From Saccostrea cucullata (taxonomy: Eukaryota): DNA of 64,000 bases. The position numbers and the translations under genes were made by a program. This document shows positions 58,239 through 64,000 of the stretch, in pieces; positions within the stretch are counted from its first letter, which is position 1; each line of letters begins with the position of its first letter. The notes below the pieces were generated by a model that made no database searches, was not told where the DNA came from, and was given only the letters and a program-made list of their open reading frames with translations. The DNA is taken from contig NW_026931074.1 in the NCBI RefSeq assembly GCF_032062105.1, positions 345,587 to 409,586 on the forward strand, in the 5' to 3' direction.

Positions 58239-58261
58239 GTAAGTGATTGTACACAGTATAC

Positions 58262-58440
58262 ATTTTTACATTAATGATCACCCCCCCCCCCAGTAATTTA
58301 CCTCACTCAAAACCTCTCCACATTTCTATATTAATGACCCCCCAATAATTTACCTCTCCCAAAACCTCTCCATGTTTCTAATTAATGACCCTCCCCCTCT
58401 CCATTAATTTACTTTACTCAAAACCTCTCTATTCTCACCA
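58262..58440. repeat. 3 tandem units of about 57 bp with poly-C tracts
   Basis: attaatgatcacccccccccccagtaatttacctcactcaaaacctctccacatttctat / attaatgaccccccaataatttacctctcccaaaacctctccatgtttct / aattaatgaccctccccctctccattaatttactttactcaaaacctctc. Confidence 0.7.
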
Positions 58441-59191
58441 TTTTCTGCCTTTTGACACTGCAGATTTAATTAATCTAGTTGTTTGTGTATTACCAAAGTT
58501 AAATGCCAATGTAAAATGTAGAATACATGTATTACTTGCAAAATATAAAAAAGCTTTTGCCATTAAGATTTCGAGTTATGTTAATGTTTCTTTTCAGGGT
58601 CATATAAAACAAAACGATAACGTTAATGAATGTTAAACAGGATTAGTAATAGTGTAGAATTTTTGTGGGGGTTTAATTTTCCTTGTTTTTGATGTATGGA
58701 GAAACCCATGAATTTCGTTATTACCTCCACAAAATGTAAAATTTTATATGCGTTACTAATAAACATTTCCACCCATGAAATCATATGCCCACAAACCAAA
58801 ATTTGTCCCCACGAAAACTTGTGATTTTATAGTATTCCTTATAGACTGACTATAGCTGAAACAGGTGTATGAAAAACTGTCTATTTTAATCACTTTTCAT
58901 TTCGTTTTAATGGACACATTTTATATATTTCAAGATACTTATTTGATGATCATCAAGAATATTGGTGAGAATTTCACAAAAATCGTAACTTGTAACCTAC
59001 TTTCTCTAGGACTCGGAAAGTGGCTCATATTAATCATGTTGGATTAGATGAACTGATGGGGTATAGGTTTCATGTTTGTTGTCAATGCATGCTCTATAAG
59101 TAACACTAAAAAAAATAACTAAGCATGAAATTAACTTTATAGAAAATTGATCTGATTATGTGCTTTGATAACATAGTGTGGTGATTTACAG

Positions 59192-59248
59192 GTATATTAA
59201 ACGACGTGCAGATAGCAAGGAAGTTGTAACACTTGATAAGTTATTAAG
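59192..59248 (+). CDS. SPEF1: SPEF1-like gene B exon 5 (57 nt): (G)YIKRRADSKEVVTLDKLL(R)
   Basis: Acceptor gatttacag, donor gtatcag. Same length and splice phases as gene A exon 35780-35836. Confidence 0.55.
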
Positions 59249-59913
59249 GTATCAGACAGGGAGATATTCTGTGTCCTATTGTCTTTCTTACAAAATGATG
59301 CAGTGTTTCTTGCACACAGCCTTGGTGTTATATGTGTATCTTGTTTGTAATATTTATAATTGTCTACATTTCTTTTTATGCAAATGTCTTTTTACTTCTG
59401 CTAAGCAGTATATACTCTCTTTATAACAATATCTATTTAGAATCTATTATATCTTTATGCTTTATCAATAATGGACCCAAAAGAAAATTTGCTGCTAAAG
59501 TATCTTTATATTAATCAGAGATTAATTTTTTGTGTTTATAAAAAACATCTATGTAGTACATAGACTCTGTAGCAGTAAATGCCTTAAAGCACATATTTGC
59601 ATACATACAAGTACTTATTTTACTGGATTTAGGAAAAATATACAATGCATGCATATATCGAATACACGTTGTATAATTAGGATCGAGGCAATTCGTAACT
59701 GCATGGTTAAGGTTTTTGTGTTTTTCAAAAGTAAATACATTATTTTGTTGGTGTGAAGGATTGGGTTTTACCTTAAAACATTTGCTTTATTGTATACTGA
59801 GTGTAAATGGATAACTTTCATGCTGTAATTGACCTCTTGAAAACCTTTGCTGAAGACATGGCTCACTGTTAACTGTTTTGTTCTTGATAGATTCGAATTG
59901 TTAATAATTTCAG

Positions 59914-60043
59914 GCCTAGCAACTTTACAGAGAAACCCAAACAAAGAAGGATCCCCCCACATCTAACTGAGGCAAACTCTGTACCAAGACTGCTGTTTGA
60001 GGATAAGGTCCAGGAATGTCTGGCCAAAGATGAAACCATACAG
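59914..60043 (+). CDS. SPEF1: SPEF1-like gene B exon 6 (130 nt): (R)PSNFTEKPKQRRIPPHLTEANSVPRLLFEDKVQECLAKDETIQ
   Basis: Acceptor aatttcag, donor gtaggca. Start of the C-terminal coiled-coil region. Confidence 0.6.
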
Positions 60044-60491
60044 GTAGGCAATCATTTATTAATTGTTCTTTAATGTTCTCAGCTCTCAAGGTAGCCAAAG
60101 ATGTTCCAAGCTCTCTAGGTTACAGTCAAAAGCAAAATGTAAAAAAAAAGGGTTAAATATGTAGACCATGGAAGAAGAGGGATAAGCATTTATTTTGACA
60201 ATATAAAATATTGTCAAGAGAACATTAAAGATTTAACAGTCATTCACTTATTTGCAAAGAATAAGGATAAATGAGATACATCAAGGGAAAGTGGCAGCTA
60301 TTAGCTCTACATTTAATGAAGAGCAGACTATAAGGTTAATACAGGTAATAGGTGGAATAAACAGAGAGAGATAAAACATACATTAAGATGGGAGATGTGA
60401 TATATACATGCATAGTATAATAGTGATTATATTATCTGTCAATTTAATTACTATAAATCAAAATAATGTATAACCTACATGCATTCAACAG

Positions 60492-60608
60492 ATTTTGAAA
60501 GCAAAGGTCCATCGTCTGGAACATCTCATTCAATTGAAGGATGTACGCATCGATGATCTCCAGAATCGAGTGGAGTCCATGCGACCCACAGGGAACCTGC
60601 GGCGGTGA
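60492..60608 (+). CDS. SPEF1: SPEF1-like gene B exon 7 (terminal): ILKAKVHRLEHLIQLKDVRIDDLQNRVESMRPTGNLRR*
   Basis: Acceptor ttcaacag. Stop TGA at 60606-60608. Resembles the SPEF1 C-terminal coiled coil (..KVRRLEHLLQLKNVRIEDL..) as remembered. Confidence 0.65.
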   Translation: MLKAKVHRLEHLIQLKDVRIDDLQNRVESMRPTGNLRR

Positions 60609-63600
60609 AATAGACACTGACCAGTAACTGTGTACCTGACAGAACAGGACTATAGTACTCTACCATTGTCTACGTAAAACTGTGGTGAATGGACTTTGGA
60701 CAGAACAAAAGGATTTTTTTTACTCAGATGATTTGACTAACCTTTTAACAAGGGAGTTAATTTGTACCTTAATCAAAATCACTACTAAATTTATTTATTT
60801 TTTTGTTAAATTACTGGTAAGTCATTTTAGCTATAAATGGTTTTTATTTTGAAGACTGAATTTTTTTTAATTCTAAGTTATGATTCCTCTTGCTGTTTGC
60901 TACGATTCACGATTTTAAGATTTTGTTAAGAACCGGATTGTCAGTTTAATAGCATACACTTTTTTTATTCTGGTAGACATTATAAAGAGCTTAGTAGTTT
61001 TCCAATTTTACCATACATAGTAAGCTGGAATATTTAAGGGAACAGTAGTTGAAGAAGTGTTTTTTTATGTATTGTTGTTCACTGAAATGTACTGTATTTC
61101 CTTTGTTTGTATTCCATTACAAATCGGGGATAAATATATCAACTTCTAATAGCTGGTTATTTTGTTACAAATTCAGCAATATTTGCACAAACTTTGCCAT
61201 TATTAAATGACCTGTCCCCCCCCCCCCCCCCTTTCAAAAAAAATGTTCAAATTATTTATTTTATTTAATAAAATGAATTACCTAGGGTAAATACTTGAAA
61301 CCATGTCACTTATGAAAACACTTCATAAAATTGGCAAAATTAATTTTAAGTAAACTTGATTAACATCTCTAATATGTCAAAATTGTATAATTTGTGAAAT
61401 TTCCAGTCATATGGTATCAGTACATTGTAGATACACATCATTAAACATACTGCATGCTTACATACCAAAGAAATTACTGTTGTCCATTAAACTGTACAGA
61501 CCATGTTTGGTATCCGTCCTCTAATATATCATTGTTGCCGTCCTTAAGTTATATTGTATCTGACTGTTTTGTTTCACTGCATGCACAAAGATGTATAATG
61601 TAACTAATCAGAATTATATTGATGAATAAATATTTATTAAACTGATGTACATTGTATAACATTTTTTTTAATAAATGATGTTATTCCAACAAGTGGCATA
61701 GGGTTGCAAATTGGAAGGTGTGTCAGATAAATTTTGCTTTCCTGCATGAAGATTAAAAAAAAATAAGATGTTTGTACTCTAAAAGATGTATAATAATACT
61801 ATTAACCTTGTGACTTAATTTGGTAGGATCCTACCACATGTATAATTAATCCTTCGCCATTAATTTCTTTCAGCTATTTTTCTGCAAGGACATTTCCGAA
61901 TTCTGTATTGAAATACAGTGTACAAAGTATGCATTGTGCACTCTACCAACATTGTGAAATTCATAATCTTTTATAGATTATATAGTGAAAATGTATACAT
62001 TCTAATAAAAAATCTTTTCCCATGCACATTAAGCAGACAAACTAAGAGCATGATTATGACGAGTAAAGGTACCTCTTCCAAAGAACCTTATTTGGTAATA
62101 ACCAATATTTGCCCCCCCAAATCAAACTTTGATGGAGATACATATAATTAAGTTCTTAAACGGGAGTATATGCTGACTTCAAAGCACTAAACATTTTCAT
62201 AAGTAATGACGCCATATGTACGTAATGACCTCACAAACATGACGTAAATTTCAGTTTTTTATGAATTTTACAGAAAAATGTACCTATTTCGTCAATATTT
62301 TGAGTAAAAGTCACCGAGCGCATGTGTGTTCAGGATCAATATTTTGATATAATGTGTAGAATGATAATATCAATGAAATATGTCAATATTGTTCCTGAAC
62401 AAACTTGCGCTCTATAAATTTTAAAGCTAAAATTGTTTAAATTTTGTCCATTTTGCCCTCTTTCTGAAAAAGGATATAAAATCGGACTAGTTTGTGACGT
62501 CATAAAAACAACAATTGTGAATACACTGCTTTGACACTATAATATTTTCTGTTAATTTATATTTCTCATACAATTTATTTAATTCAGCACATTTCAGTAA
62601 GTTTTCAAAATTTGACTTTTGTGGGGGCAAATATATGCAATATACCGCATATAGTTCTTTGTGAACTATTCGGCCTCATAGTTAGAGGTTCTGGTGTTAA
62701 AGATGGGCTCAACTGATCAAATACAGTGACTGTGCATTCACTAATAATAAGCCATCAAACTAAGTGATTGGTTATGAAGACGAAAAGTGCCTCTACCTAA
62801 ATTTTGAAATTCAAGACCGTAGTGTTAGGGGCTGTGTTCTAGGATAGGACTCGAATTGTCATATGAAAATTCCTTTACTAAATCAAAGGAGTGCAATGAT
62901 GCCTCTACCCAATTATGTGTGAAATTCTCGGCCTCGATGTCAGAGGTTCTGGTGTTACTGTAGACAGGGTTCCATTGATTTTGTACAAAAATTTTACTCT
63001 CTTTTGAGAGAAGTTATGCCCCTTGATTATACACCTATAAATCAGGTTACCATTAAGGTCTATCGGCCTCCTTTTCGTTTTGTACGGAAGCCCATTGAGA
63101 CCAATTCAAAGAAACACATTATTCTGTTAAACACAGTTTTGCGTTTATAACGCAATAGTCATTGCGAATTTCGTTTTTGTATTTTTTTTTGCGTGTTTGT
63201 GTGTGAAATGTCATCATGGAATTTTCATCCGAAATATTCCTTTTCCGTATCCAGTAAAAGAATCTATCTTAACCCACCACTATAAAATGGGAACAGGCGG
63301 GGTTTGTTTATAAATTTTTTGTTCAAAACAAAGTCAAGTCAGAACCTGCAAATCTTTATAACTGATAAAATGATTTTATCAAATTGATTTTTGAGTTGTT
63401 GTTGACAGAGAGGGGAATTAACCCGCTGACCTTAATGTATCGCCAGTGACCCCTGATTAAGAAAGTTGTTTTATCAACCAAGGACACCTGACCACTGTAA
63501 ATAGGGACACATTTTCCATGTGAGTCTGTAATTAATTAACCTGTATTTTGTTATTAAGCGTTTTTTGCACTTGAATTAAAACATGAATTCCGAGGAGGAA

Positions 63601-64000
63601 GACACGCTCTTTTTACCTGCCATTACCAAGGTAATTAGAATTTAGAATTTTGTATAATTGTCACCAACGCGAAATTTTGATTAACAAGTGAACAAAGTTC
63701 GCACGGCGAAAAAAAAAGGGGGGGGGGTATCATAACGTACGTAAGCAAAGCTGTCCAAGAATTAATGTTATGGGGGAAACATGACGCAGGATTTATTCAA
63801 AAACTTCTACAAAAGAAGAGAAAAACACTTGCTGTTGCCCTCATTTCGACATTTAGATATATCGACGACAGTTTTAAAATTAATTTTCATATGTCGACTC
63901 GATTCTCGACTCGATTTCTGAAACCTCTTTTTTCATGTTTTGATGTTTTACTAACTATATAGACGATAAATGTCAATAAAAATTAAATTGTATTAAAATT

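Noticed and set aside
1-64000. Prokaryotic-style novel system (operon, defence island, toxin-antitoxin, CRISPR-Cas)
   Set aside because: The sequence shows spliced multi-exon genes with GT-AG introns, SINE/LTR/MITE content, satellites and CpG depletion. No compact co-directional ORF cluster or prokaryotic signals were found, so the window is eukaryotic nuclear DNA.

Overview
This window is AT-rich, CpG-depleted eukaryotic (metazoan) nuclear DNA with canonical GT-AG introns. The invertebrate and possibly molluscan flavour is my impression only; I did not test it. It is not prokaryotic, and I found no operons, CRISPR arrays or defence islands. The most unusual thing here is a small family of SPEF1/CLAMP-like genes, not a defence system. 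These genes carry the N-terminal calponin-homology-like DUF1042 domain plus a C-terminal coiled coil. Gene A (minus strand, about 33.75-42.89 kb) and gene B (plus strand, about 45.47-60.61 kb) are two complete, intact paralogs arranged head to head. Each is an 8-exon model whose phases are consistent at every junction. Both carry a tandemly duplicated exon 2 of 112 nt in each copy. The a and b exon variants are more similar between the two genes than to each other. This implies mutually exclusive splicing that predates the gene duplication. A third copy, gene C (plus strand, 9.6-11.5 kb), is partial. It shows a homologous 130-nt penultimate exon and two tandem alternative terminal exons. Roughly 225-bp inverted repeats containing (GAAGACCTAC)n flank the region between the A and B start codons and its AT-rich core. 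The rest of the window is densely packed with repeats. One is a young, gag-only LTR retrotransposon with 580-bp LTRs about 99.5% identical, a tRNA-complementary PBS, a PPT, a 4-bp TSD and an intact gag domain reading frame. One is a roughly 6.5-kb foldback-like element whose roughly 1-kb terminal inverted repeats are built from 22-bp tandem subrepeats. There is a SINE-like family with a hairpin head and an embedded (GTCC)n microsatellite. It occurs in at least six copies, including a head-to-head palindromic pair that carries a nested MITE. Several TIR-bounded MITEs are present, two of them with TA target-site duplications. There is a tRNA-like retro-fragment ending in genomic CCA followed by a T-run. 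The window also holds a 160-bp satellite, a 43-bp minisatellite and other tandem arrays. Most of the long ORFs in the supplied six-frame track are translation artefacts of these repeats. All coordinates and homology calls come from reading the sequence by eye and from remembered family features. None was checked by a database search.
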